Source: Tubulanus polymorphus
Taxonomy: Eukaryota > Animalia > Nemertea
Direction: 5' to 3'
DNA: 64,000 nt
Assembly (NCBI RefSeq): GCF_964204645.1
Contig: NC_134036.1
Location: 2,108,001 to 2,172,000 of the forward strand
The notes below the pieces were generated by a model. It saw nothing but the letters and a program-made list of their open reading frames with translations. It was not told the origin of the DNA and did no database searches. Both the position numbers and the translations under genes were made by a program. This document shows positions 12,626 through 24,437 of the stretch, one piece after another. Every line of letters begins with the position of its first letter. The first letter of the stretch is position 1.

Positions 12626-15600
12626 GGGAACTCCACCAGCTTCGAAGACTTTGAAAAGCCACCTTCCCTTAAGTTTACATTCAACCAAAGCTGATGTCGC
12701 GTACAACGACTCAACACTTTCAGAAATCCCATTTCCACTCAAGTACTCGTAGCTTTCTAACTTCCTCGCTTATACAAGAGATTTCGCTGGTTTTTGAAAT
12801 GAGATTTGTACATCCCCGCAACCTTTATGGCTACACTAGGCCAATTAGGTTTTATCAGCCAACCGATACATCTACGTACAGCCAGGGAAGTGTGATGAGA
12901 CTTCCCTGGTACAGCATAGAAAGATATAAAAATGCCACCGGGCATATTTCTTTGTCGACTATCGCCAAAGTGGCTTCAATTTTTTTCCATATCGTCGTTT
13001 GGCAAGAAGGTAGATTGCATTACAGTTTATGTTGGCACCGGCGAAGCACACGACACTGCATTAATAGCGAATGGTGCAGTTTAACGAATCGTCCATTAAG
13101 ACGAGTTTATTTGTTTTAAAAATGTTGGCGCTGTGTGTAAAGTGTGGGTTAATTAGCGGAGAAAGCAAGATCGAAGAAGTGGCTTTTAATGACATCGTTT
13201 CCAGAATGTTTGCCAGCATCGCCTTGTTGATACCCCAGCTAGCGAACAAGATGGCCACATTGTTCAATAAAGTATAGATTATGATAACAAAGAAATAGTC
13301 TAATAACAAGCCTTTATAATAAACCAATAGATGACAAAGACCAAATAATAACTCAAGTCTCGCTGAAGCTTAATTTACTGATGTCCACAGTGAATGGGAC
13401 GTAAGGCTGGGATTAAGTCAGGGTTATGCCTGGGCTAAGGTTAAACAAGGTCTTTTTGACAAACCAATTGATGGCAGAGATGAACCCAAAGAAATCCGCG
13501 TACTGGAGTCGCTACCATGCACGAATAGGTCATGCGGCGTTCTACACCGACAAGTTCATCATTGTGCCTGATTTAAAATTCACCTCCAATAAACCTCAGG
13601 ACTGATTGAATACGAGCAGCGCGAGTGACACGTGACACGAGACGTGAAGCAGACGACTTCAAACGGTTCACGCATCACGACAGACGACAATTCAATTTCG
13701 TGCCCATAAAATCCTAACAAAGTCAACAACCTCAATCGCGCCCCAAACTACTGATTCCTCGGGAGAACGACCAGACATCTAAAGAGGAACCATCAACCTA
13801 CTTCACGATTCTCAAAGGACGTTCAAAGTCCTTGGGTTCAAGGTCCTTGGGTTTCGTTACTTACTACTTGATAAAGATCAACTATAATTTCTGTAAAGAA
13901 GGATTTAGTCCAAGGTGCATTCAGTTTAGTCGTTATAAGTTGGTTTGTTTTCTTCTAGCCGGCTTTGTCCAAGTTTTTTTTTTTCATCTTGGCGACATAT
14001 AACCACCAACCAACTTTATGACCTAACAAGGACAACCAAGCTGATTCCGTTTTGTCACCCCTACTTCCTTAGCAAGATTTTCCAAGCTCGACGATTAGAG
14101 GCGTATTAAGCATAATCACCGTTAGCTGATATGTTCTTGGCTCTATTTAAGGAACAGCAGGACCTTCCCCTGTCATCAATTCCTATGGAGACACGAGCTA
14201 CAAACACCCCTCATTGGTGGTATATTATTTTTTTCCAAATCTCAATTTCTCTCTTGAATGTCCCAATATCGTTTAAACTCTATCAATCGTAAGAGCTATT
14301 TAAGAGCTAGCAGTTCATCAAGTACTGTTTACCAATCAAATTATAAACATGACTTCTTCTCCCAGCAGGTAGTAAATAGAAATATGTTTTTTTTACTGAT
14401 TAACTCCGCGCGACGTGAGGTCCTTAACAGTTATACTAATGTCATTCATTGACGACGCAGCGACGACATCGTCATTGACGGCGGTGGTTTCATTACCAGT
14501 AACTTACAATCGATAATTTATTGAATCGTTTAATTAAACCAGTAGATTACATATGCATACACCTTGGCAGACGACAAGCTGTGATGGTCGCATGAGTTTT
14601 TTCGATACACTATTCCCGCTATTCAAACTCCCGATCTTGCTCGAAGGAGAAAAACATGCCCACCATCTGTAATAGGTCCCTTTATGGCATTCAGCATAAA
14701 GGCTACGACAGAACACTATATCGCATTGCAATATCACCCAGATGTTCCTAAATATCACTTTTAAGATATCGTCGAAATATTGAATAAACATCATCTCAAA
14801 CAAACACTTTGGTCATTACTAAGTGTACTGTTTAATCTAGGAATAATTCATATTGTTACGGCAGTTTATACCGTATTTGAAATTACAAAAGATGTTTGTA
14901 TCAAATCTTATTAAAGTCATAATGAGTGTTATTGTTCTGGTCAGTACGTTTTTATATTACCACTAATTTGTATCACATCTTTTGCTTATTGGGATTAAGT
15001 CGAAACGTCACGACATTCATACTAGATCATTATGGTTTAACACGACACAATAATCATCACATAAAGGAAGGGTCCTTAATGTTATACGCATTTCATCATT
15101 GACGCCAAAAGTCCAATATCGTGATGTGCATCTCTTCGTAGCGATAACCGAAGCTATTGTTGCAGCGTCATTGTTGTGTCATATATATATTGACGTTAAA
15201 ACAATGTCTACTTCATGTGACGATAATGGCAACAATAAAAACAACAACGGCAACGGCGACAACGTGGAGATTACTCGACAACGTTAAAACAACGTTAAGT
15301 ATCATCGTGCCGACGTATCGTGTTATCACGTACGTATTGTTGGCGACGGACGACGGCGATTGTTGCGTTAACGCTGTATCTAAGAGGTTCTCGTGTGACA
15401 AGAATACCATATGTTTATATACGTCTAAACGGTGGCATAGTTTTCATTCTTGGATACACATATATATAGCCACATGTTTATTGTACAATAGTCTACGGTT
15501 GCGATGCTTATGAGTCCGATCTCCCCTTCAGTTCATTTTCTACTGAATCCACACAACTTTCGCACGTTTTACGTCACGCGTCTATATCCGCTATCCACTT

Positions 15601-15933
15601 TTTCTCAAATTCCACTTTATCCATGTAGAGAGAATCCCACAATTATAACGAAAAAGTCCGAAAATGAAACTTCGAGATAGTGGTTTATTTCAACGTTTCT
15701 ACTATAAATAGTCATCTTCAGGAATAAGATTATTACTGATTGCACGCGATCCACATTTTTATTGTATTCTACTCATTAAGGTTCAAAAGAGACCAGACTC
15801 ATTAACAAACTCTCTGCTTCCAATTCGCTCCTCTCAGCGCTCCCTCCATTCCATCACTCTTGAGGCTTTCTTTAATTCGTAGACTCATTACCTTCTAAAG
15901 AGTTTCTCGGGTTGGCTTAAGATCTATAAACCA

Positions 15934-17565
15934 CTCTCTCTCTCCCTCTCCCTCTCCGGCTCTCCCTCTCCCTCTCCCTCTCCCTCTCCCTCTCTCTCTC
16001 TCTCTCTCCCTCTCTCCATTTCACTCGTCCCTCTTTTTTTCCTCTCTCACTTACTCCCTCCTTTCACTCCCCCTCTCCCTCACTCACTACCCCCTCCTTC
16101 TCTCCCTCTCTCTCTCTCACTCACTCACTACCCCCTCCTTCTCTCCCTCTCTCTCTCTCACTCACTCACTACCCCCTCCTTCTCTCCCTCTCCCTCTCCC
16201 TACACCCTCTTCTCTCCTTCTCTCCCTCTCCCTCACTCACTACACCCTCCTTCTCTCCTTCTCTCCCTCTCCCTCACTCACTACACCCTCCTTCTCTCCC
16301 TCTCTCTCTCTCACTCACTCACTACCCTCTCCTTCTCTCCCTCTCCCTCTCCCTACACCCTCTTCTCTCCTTCTCTCCCTCTCCCTCACTCACTACACCC
16401 TCCTTCTCTCCTTCTCTCTCTCTCACTCACTCACTACCCTCTCCTTCTCTCCCTCTCCCTCTCCCTACACCCTCTTCTCTCCTTCTCTCCCTCTCCCTCA
16501 CTCACTACACCCTCTTCTCTCCTTCTCTCCCTCTCACTCACTCACTACCCTCTCCTTCTCTCCCTCTCCCTCTCCCTACACCCTCTTCTCTCCTTCTCTC
16601 CCTCTCCCTCACTCACTACACCCTCCTTCTCTCCTTCTCTCTCTCTCACTCACTCACTACCCTCTCCTTCTCTCCCTCTCCCTCTCCCTACACCCTCTTC
16701 TCTCCTTCTCTCCCTCTCCCTCACTCACTACACCCTCTTCTCTCCTTCTCTCCCTCTCACTCACTCACTACCCTCTCCTTCTCTCCCTCTCCCTCTCCCT
16801 ACACCCTCTTCTCTCCTTCTCTCCCTCTCCCTCACTCACTACACCCTCTTCTCTCCTTCTCTCCCTCTCCCTCACTCACTACACCCTCCTTCTCTCCCTC
16901 TCCCTCTCTCTCTCACTCACTCACTACCCTCTCCTTCTCTCCCTCTCCCTCTCCCTACACCCTCTTCTCTCCTTCTCTCCCTCTCCCTCACTCACTACAC
17001 CCTCCTTCTCTCCTTCTCTCTCTCTCACTCACTCACTACCCTCTCCTTCTCTCCCTCTCCCTCTCTCTCTCACTCACTCACTACCCTCTCCTTCTCTCCC
17101 TCTCCCTCTCCCTACACCCTCTTCTCTCCTTCTCTCCCTCTCCCTCACTCACTACACCCTCCTTCTCTCCTTCTCTCTCTCTCACTCACTCACTACCCTC
17201 TCCTTCTCTCCCTCTCCCTCTCCCTACACCCTCTTCTCTCCTTCTCTCCCTCTCACTCACTCACTACCCTCTCCTTCTCTCCCTCTCCCTCTCCCTACAC
17301 CCTCTTCTCTCCTTCTCTCCCTCTCCCTCACTCACTACACCCTCCTTCTCTCCTTCTCTCCCTCTCCCTCACTCACTACACCCTCCTTCTCTCCCTCTCT
17401 CTCTCCCTCTCCGGCTCTCCCTCTCCCTCTCTCTCTCCTCTTCCCGCACCCCGTGTCTCGAGTTCTCTTTCCCTCTCCCTCTCTCTCTCCTCTTCCCCCA
17501 TCCCTGTCTCGAGTTCTCTCCCTCTCTCTCTCTCTCCTCTTCCCGCACCCCGTGTCTCGAGTTCG
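15934..17565. repeat. Complex pyrimidine-rich (CT/CTCACTCACTAC) minisatellite
   Basis: Mixed units such as CTCACTCACTACACCCTCCTTCTCTCC and CTCTCCCTACACCCTCTTCTCTCCTT. Ends in three copies of C(C/T)GTGTCTCGAGTTC-like sequence. Confidence 0.95.
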
Positions 17566-18053
17566 GCCAGACGCTTGTTTTCCTGTCGATCCCGATATTT
17601 CCGCTTTACAACTGTTTGACATGAAAAGAACGACGGCGAAGAGAACGGTCGCTTGCCGCAGTTAGAATTACGCGCTACACGACCAGCGAGCAGACGACAG
17701 ATGCTGAAATTCTCAACGACCGAAAACACGACAATACGATATATCAATATCAATATCAAACAACGCGGCATTAATTTCGATATTCTCGGTTTTTGTAGCT
17801 TTTGATTTGCGGCAATATCAAACCAATGTAATAAAGCGCGGTCTTAATAATAACAGTTTTCATTATGATATATCAATATCAAACTGCACAATTACGATAT
17901 TCCATTTTCCCATTCGATATTTACTAAGGAAAAAACAACGACGATATTGATGAATATTTATGATGAGGCTATCTTTTTAAGATTTTCGAATTTTCGAGTT
18001 GTGCCAGATTAGTGTCTGTTAAAAACTGTATCAGGTCGTCAAACCCGCCAACA

Positions 18054-18125
18054 GATCTATTGGTTCAATGGTTAGCACGCTAGCCTTTGAGCTGGGGGAC
18101 CCGGGATCGAGTCCCGGTGCATGCA
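18054..18125 (+). pseudogene. tRNA-derived relic (pseudo-tRNA or tRNA-SINE head)
   Basis: A box TGGTTCAATGG and B box within an intact T arm CCGGG-ATCGAGT-CCCGG at tRNA spacing. The anticodon arm CTAGC/GCTGG has only a 6-nt loop and the acceptor stem does not pair. Confidence 0.65.
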
Positions 18126-18719
18126 GGTCATTGCTTTAAAGAAAAATTCCGCCTCCATGAAAATATTTTTATCAAAAAGTCCGAGGACATCGTATCATCC
18201 CCGTAATATCTCAAGTCCGAATGATATTTGATATTCGAGCTTTTGATATCATCATGTACCATAAGATAGTTGACCTAAGGTATTTCAAATCTGAGACAAA
18301 AGCCTCTTAGATGTCCTCTTCCGTCCGAAGGGCAAACCGACTTTCACCAGACGAGTTCGAAAAATAAAAATCGAAATTTCTTTTCAAAACGAAGGATGTC
18401 TGTCTGCTGCAACCAGCGCAACCACAGCAGCAGCAACAGAAGCAGCATCACAGCCAGCATCCAAGATCAGTAGATACGGGGATGAATTATCGCTGGACCA
18501 ATGAATCATCATCAAACGTTTTCGAACACGGAAATGCTTTTTCAATCTCGTCTGCGCGTAGTTCATTTAAAGATCGTCTGCTTCAAGGAACTGGTCTTTA
18601 GATCTACAGTCAGACCAGAACCGATAAATAACTACCTAGCTACCTGTCTCTGTGATCTGTGAAAAAAACTACACTGTCTTATCTATCGACTCTGTAAAAT
18701 CGATAGCCACGGGTTCGTC

Positions 18720-18940
18720 GGGTTGTAGCCAATCTAACAACTTAAGACCAGTCTAAGCGCATCATGGTTCTATAACCAATCTAACAACTTAAGACCAGTC
18801 TAAACTCATTTTGATTCGATAACTAATCTAACAACTTAAGACCAGTCTAAGCTCATTTTGTTTGTAAAACCAACTTAACAGCTTTAAACCAGTCTAAGCT
18901 TATTTTGGTTCCGTAGCCAAGCTACAAATTGAAGACCAGA
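18720..18940. repeat. 47-bp satellite, opposite orientation, about 4.5 diverged units
   Basis: Unit CCAATCTAACAACTTAAGACCAGTCTAAGCTCATTTTGGTTCTATAA is the reverse complement of the 31.2-kb array unit. Confidence 0.9.
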
Positions 18941-19924
18941 CAATGGAAGAGTAAATACAATATATTAATCTTTCCTTATTAAAGCATTCTTCTTCTACTC
19001 AAGAAAAAGCCCTGTTTTCAAAACGTTTCGGACCAAAGTTTGTTCTTTTTTTGCCAGCACCGGCCATAAAACTCAGCCGGTCTATATTTATTAGCCCGGC
19101 GTAAAACGAACAATGCACCTGATAACGCCGTTACTAAGGCGATTACTACGTTTGACGACACCTTCGAGTGACGTATAACGTAGATTAACGCTTACGGTAA
19201 CGCGTTACAATGGCACCTTAGCGACGACGGACCGCTCGTCCTCGTTCCAGTAAAACATAACCCGGCCGTATTGTCTTATTTACGAGGGTAACACCTGTTG
19301 TGCGTCGTTGCCTGGCATCGACGTTTGACGTTCACGTAATGATTGATGTCCGGCGTTTCACGACGTCTCAGATTAACGAATGAATCAGTTTCAAATATCT
19401 TTTTCGTCGACGATTAGAAATATCGAAGTCATATCCGATTAACAAGAGAGTTAGATCATTATTTCAGAGTTAATGAGCAAAATCCACCGTTGACGGTTCG
19501 ACAATTTAATTTCTGACGGTTTAAACTTCATCAACAAGAGAATCGAAATCATTCATCGTTTTCGAGCAGAAATCGTTCTAAACCAGGGTTATATTTGACT
19601 GTAGTGAACTGATATAAATCTCAGTTAACAAATAAAAAATCCACAGCAGATTTGTGGAAAAAAGTATATATTCTAAACTTCATCTTCAGAGGAACTAATG
19701 TATCTATATATAATATATTATGAAATATATTACTTATTTCCTAAAATAAATAATATTTATTTATCGGTAATTATAACGTTGAACCGAGATGTTGTATCGT
19801 TTATTCTTGATATTGGTTTTATACAAAATCCCCATATGACGTCATCGAATTGAAGTGTTGATCTAGACGACACTTCTGAACGGCTGGTTGGTAATTGGTA
19901 AGACATTAGGCACAGACATGTCGG

Positions 19925-20114
19925 ATGTCGCAACGATTTCCGTTCGTCATTAGACCTTCGACGAAACCAGCAATGCGACCAGACGAAAAAAAAGATGCCA
20001 TCACCATTGGCGACGACGATGTGATTGTTGAGAAACAATCGGTGTTCGTTCAACGTGAACGTAGAAATTCATGGCACGACGAGTCTTCGGTAAGCGAGTA
20101 TGAGAACGTCTCTG
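19925..20114 (+). CDS. Possible first coding exon of an unidentified plus-strand gene
   Basis: Non-repetitive protein-like ORF (MSQRFPFVIRP...RRNSWHDESSVSEYENVS) with two GTAAGC donors (20090, 20115). No recognisable homology. Confidence 0.25.
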
Positions 20115-20444
20115 GTAAGCGAGGAAAGTGTCAACGACATTTGCGACGTAGTAGACGGGTATAGATAAGGAGCTTATTGAGTTAACGGTTTAGGGAGGCA
20201 CCGTGTTCACTACAATACTATTATTACTATCAGATTTAGATAAAAAAACGATCGTCATTTCAGCATTACGCGCTGCCTATACTGCACGATTGCCTAGCAA
20301 CACAGCATCAATGTAATCACCGATACAGCAGCTGCAGCAGCAGCAGCATCGGCGTAGCTGTGATTGTGATGGATTAATTACTTTAAACTAATTAAAGATG
20401 ATATAGTGAAGCGAAAGGGCGAGATAGGATTTGACTTCCCCGAC

Positions 20445-20820
20445 GCTAGCACCACATCTGGTGGATTCTTACGTGCTACAGCGGTTTATACCTGTACTGC
20501 ACGCTAGCGACAACTGGCGGATCCTCACGTGCAACAGGAGTTTATGCCTCTACTGTTCACTAGTGACACCTGGCGGATCCTCACGTGCAACAGGAGTTTA
20601 TGCCTCTACCGTTCACTAGTGGCATCTGGAGGACCATCACGTGACAGTAGTTTATATCTGTACTGTACACTAGTGACACCTGGCGGATCCTCACGTGCCA
20701 CAACATCGTTGCCGAGTGATCCTTTAAACGGTCTGTCTTATTAAGAGACTCTCAAATAGAATTCCCAATTTTTATAATAGTTTATATGGCCTACAGCACA
20801 CTAGCGACACCTGTTCAGGG
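20445..20820. repeat. 56-bp minisatellite carrying a CTCF-like motif and an E-box in each unit
   Basis: CTAGYGRCAHCTGGMGG at 20504, 20560, 20616 and 20670 (looser at 20446, 20801), each of the four followed by TCACGTG. Confidence 0.88.
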
Positions 20821-21218
20821 CAGCTTCACTTGCCACAATCGGGTTGCCGGAGTCAGAAGAAACCGAATCATTGAATAGACGCTTCACTTGACACAGAAGG
20901 TTTCCCGACGATTGAATGAGAGTTAATTAAGTGAAGTGAGATCTCGATAAATAGGATTAATTCGTCTGCGATTGAGAGATTTACCTGTCATACGGATTAA
21001 CAGGGAGAGCGCTCCACAATCTCTCGGGAGGTCGTGACTGAATGTGACCTTCCTCACGAGTAATACGTAAATACGACGCCGACAAGTCGCGCACATTTAT
21101 ATCATCCAGATACCGGATTCACACAAGGTTTCATCTAATCATCTCCACATTATATTAAAATGTCTCAGTTTTGTATATCTTTATGTCATGTTGTAATTCA
21201 TTGTGGAAATAAATCATT

Positions 21219-21219
<1 letters not shown>

Positions 21220-21258
<39 letters not shown>

Positions 21259-21315
21259 TAATAATAATAATAATCAATATTATTAATATTATCATTATTA
21301 TTATTATTATTATTA

Positions 21316-21362
<47 letters not shown>
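21220..21362. repeat. (AAT)n followed by (ATT)n inverted microsatellite
   Basis: About 17 AAT units, a short AT centre, then about 25 ATT units. Confidence 0.95.
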
Positions 21363-21364
<2 letters not shown>

Positions 21365-24046
21365 TTTCAATATTATCTCCAGATACCGGATTCAGCGATG
21401 AGTGTTTTACTGGAATTTAGTTCAGTCTGATGTGAAGAATGGATAATCAGTTATCACGTCTTTCTAAATGTTTCAACTCCAGGAACCAATTGTGAGCTTA
21501 GATTCGACTAGTTTTAAAATCTACTATATACAAAATTAAACGATTAAGCGCGATTTAGAATCAGGTCATTCGAAAAGTTGCTTCGATTCCAGAATTCAAA
21601 CTACTTTAAGGACGACAGGGTCACGAAGTCCGCACCTCAGGGAGAAGATCTTTATCAACAACGATTTTGGGATGAAATCAATTTCGTGTAAAATTCGTAG
21701 CCTCGCATTTATCGGAATAGCTTCCCACTCGATACACGCAGCAGCAGACGAAGAGTTCACGACGAGGTTATCGCCGATTCGAATCATAAATCGGGATTCG
21801 AACCCAATCGAATTACAATCAGTTAACAACGATTTCGTTCTGAATCGATCGATCGATACTCGCACCCGCCGATAACGATCTATATATATCTAATTGCATT
21901 CCGACGATAATTAAATCACGTGATGCGTAATTACTTACTACTAGCAGTATACCACGTGAGCAATAAATCGACGTATGCTACTTGCGGGGACAGTCGCCAT
22001 TGTGTGAATTCGACAAAACGTCTTCAAATATGTGATGACGTCATAGGGGGAACTATGAAGTCGGCCATCTTTCCCGGAAAGTCTCTATCGACTTGACAAT
22101 TTTTAGAAGCAGTCACCTTTTGCTATAAGTGTTTATTATCGGTATCAATTTGCAGACGACATTCAAAGCAGCTCAATCACCGAATCAAATAGATGCCGCC
22201 ATTCTGAAAGCAGCGATCCATTCACTGACACTAAAGGGGGATTCATGGAGGCAGCCATGTTTTCTAGAAGTTTTTACGTTATCATTTGATTATGTCAAAG
22301 AGGGATTAAAGGAAGTGGTCATCTTTCCTGCCATGCCAGTATCACCAAATCAAGTTGTTGATATAATAGGATTTTGAATAGGCGGCCATCTTTTTTTTTC
22401 TCAGTTACATCACATTGATGATGTCATAGGGGGATTTTGGAGGCAGATATCTCCTTCGTAAGTATCACCACTAGAACTTGATGACGTCATTAGGGGATTT
22501 ACGGATGCGGCCATCGATTCTGGCGATGTCTAAATCGCCGAAGGCCTTGATAAGCATCATTTACATATAATGTCATAATCCGCCCAGAAGGCGTGAGGGA
22601 AAATCAATTCAATTCATGAATTTATTCATAAGTCATATCTATATGTATATATACACACGCATATATCGGCATAGTGTGATTATACTTACTCCCGGAGTAG
22701 CGTATGGCGCCTGGATTAAATTCCAACCCCGAGAGTAAGCGACACTTGATTACCTTAAATTCATTAGGCGAACGACATTGAAGTGACTTAAAACCGATAA
22801 TAACAACTACGCGGCCAACAATCGAGTCAGTTGGTAACGCAGGGAACCACGAGCCGGTTTGTTTATTTATTCACGAATGCATTTAGTAAATTATCAGTTT
22901 CATTGTCTCTCATCTCACAATCTCACTATCACTCTCACAATCTCCCAAAGTGAAGCATCCACTCAAAAATACAAAAACATATATAGCAATTAACACGACT
23001 CAGAAAGCTATACAAGTATGAGCGTTATGGCGATTAAGTCACGTTTTAAATCGCTCCCCGAAGAATCGCGCTGTTTTTATTGAGAATTTCAGCGAGAATT
23101 TCATACGAGTCGTTTACACAATAACACTCAATCCTCTATAATACAGACAGGGCGGGTACAAGGCCTATTTGTGATGGTCTTGTAACGCGTTCAAGGGTAT
23201 TTCTATCGTTGAAACGGTATTTTGTGTGGGCTTTGAAAATCGTTGATGGGAAATAAAAAAGCTAAGAGGTCAATTCAAAAGAATCTAAGTAGAAAGTTAA
23301 GCATTCTTTAAGAAAGGGGCAGCTCAAAACAGGTTTTGGAATTAAGGATCACAAAACAGCATAATTGTTCCCTTCAATAAGTAATATTTATGTCACATTT
23401 TCCCATCCGCCAAAGCGGCGCTAGTCGACTCCTCATTCTAGTTCCATCTTTCCATTTATGGCTCGACGCCAGAATAATGCATCGCTAATGACAACGCCGA
23501 CGAAAAATAACGACACTACAACAATACAGACGGTTAACAATGTGCTGATTCGATTATCTCTCTCTCTGTCTCTGTTTCTGTATGCTACTCGGGGTGATGG
23601 CGAGTGCGCACGCCATCACCATCACGTGTTTTACGAAATATCCTAATTTGGAAGCGAAAGTCGAGTTATTACGGATCGTAAAATTATTTTTATCACCGCG
23701 ACCAGGCGATGGCGTAGGTCTGGAACAGACGGTGCGCGCATCCCTAAAGCGCCGCGGGGACTGCGAATACGGGATATAAACGGATTTTCATGTCGGCGCT
23801 ATAGCGGACCTACCAGACCGGTGGGAGGGAGAGAGTTGAGAGATGGAAGGTCAGGTTAATAACAAGCGGAAAGAAGGATATATGGTTTTATGCGCCGTTT
23901 ACTGCCAAAGGTCTGTTCAACGTCAGAGATATTAAAAATTGATTCGTGATAGAGTTAACAGTATGATTCGATGATTTTCACATTCTTTATTATAGAAACG
24001 TCTATATAATAGCCCCCCCCATAATTGAAGCTATGGATGTGGATTT

Positions 24047-24437
24047 ATGTTTATATCATCCATTGCAAATGTTTCCACATCAATTTGCTGATGTCATAGG
24101 TAGATTTCAGAAGGCATCCATTTTGTGTTTATATCATCCGTTGCAAGTGTTTCCACGTCAGTTTGCTGATGTCATAGATGGATTTCAGAAGGCATCCATT
24201 TTGTGTTTATATCATCCGTTGCAAGTGTTTCCACGTCAGTTTGCTGATGTCATAGGTAGATTTCAGAAGGCATCCATTTTGTGTTTATATCCTCCATTGC
24301 CAGTATTTCCATATCAGTTTGCTGATGTCATAGGTGGATTCCAGAAGGCATCCATTTTGTGTTTATATCATCCATTGCAAGTGTCTCCACATCCTTTTGC
24401 TGATGTCATAGGTGGATTCCAGAAGGCATCCATTTTT
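24047..24437. repeat. 78-bp tandem repeat, 5 copies
   Basis: Unit TTATATCATCCGTTGCAAGTGTTTCCACGTCAGTTTGCTGATGTCATAGGTAGATTTCAGAAGGCATCCATTTTGTGT; period 78. Confidence 0.95.

Noticed and set aside
17335-17771. ER/GE-rich ORFs (also 45097-45423, 21155-21370, 33231-33674, 58522-58884)
   Set aside because: Translations of simple repeats.
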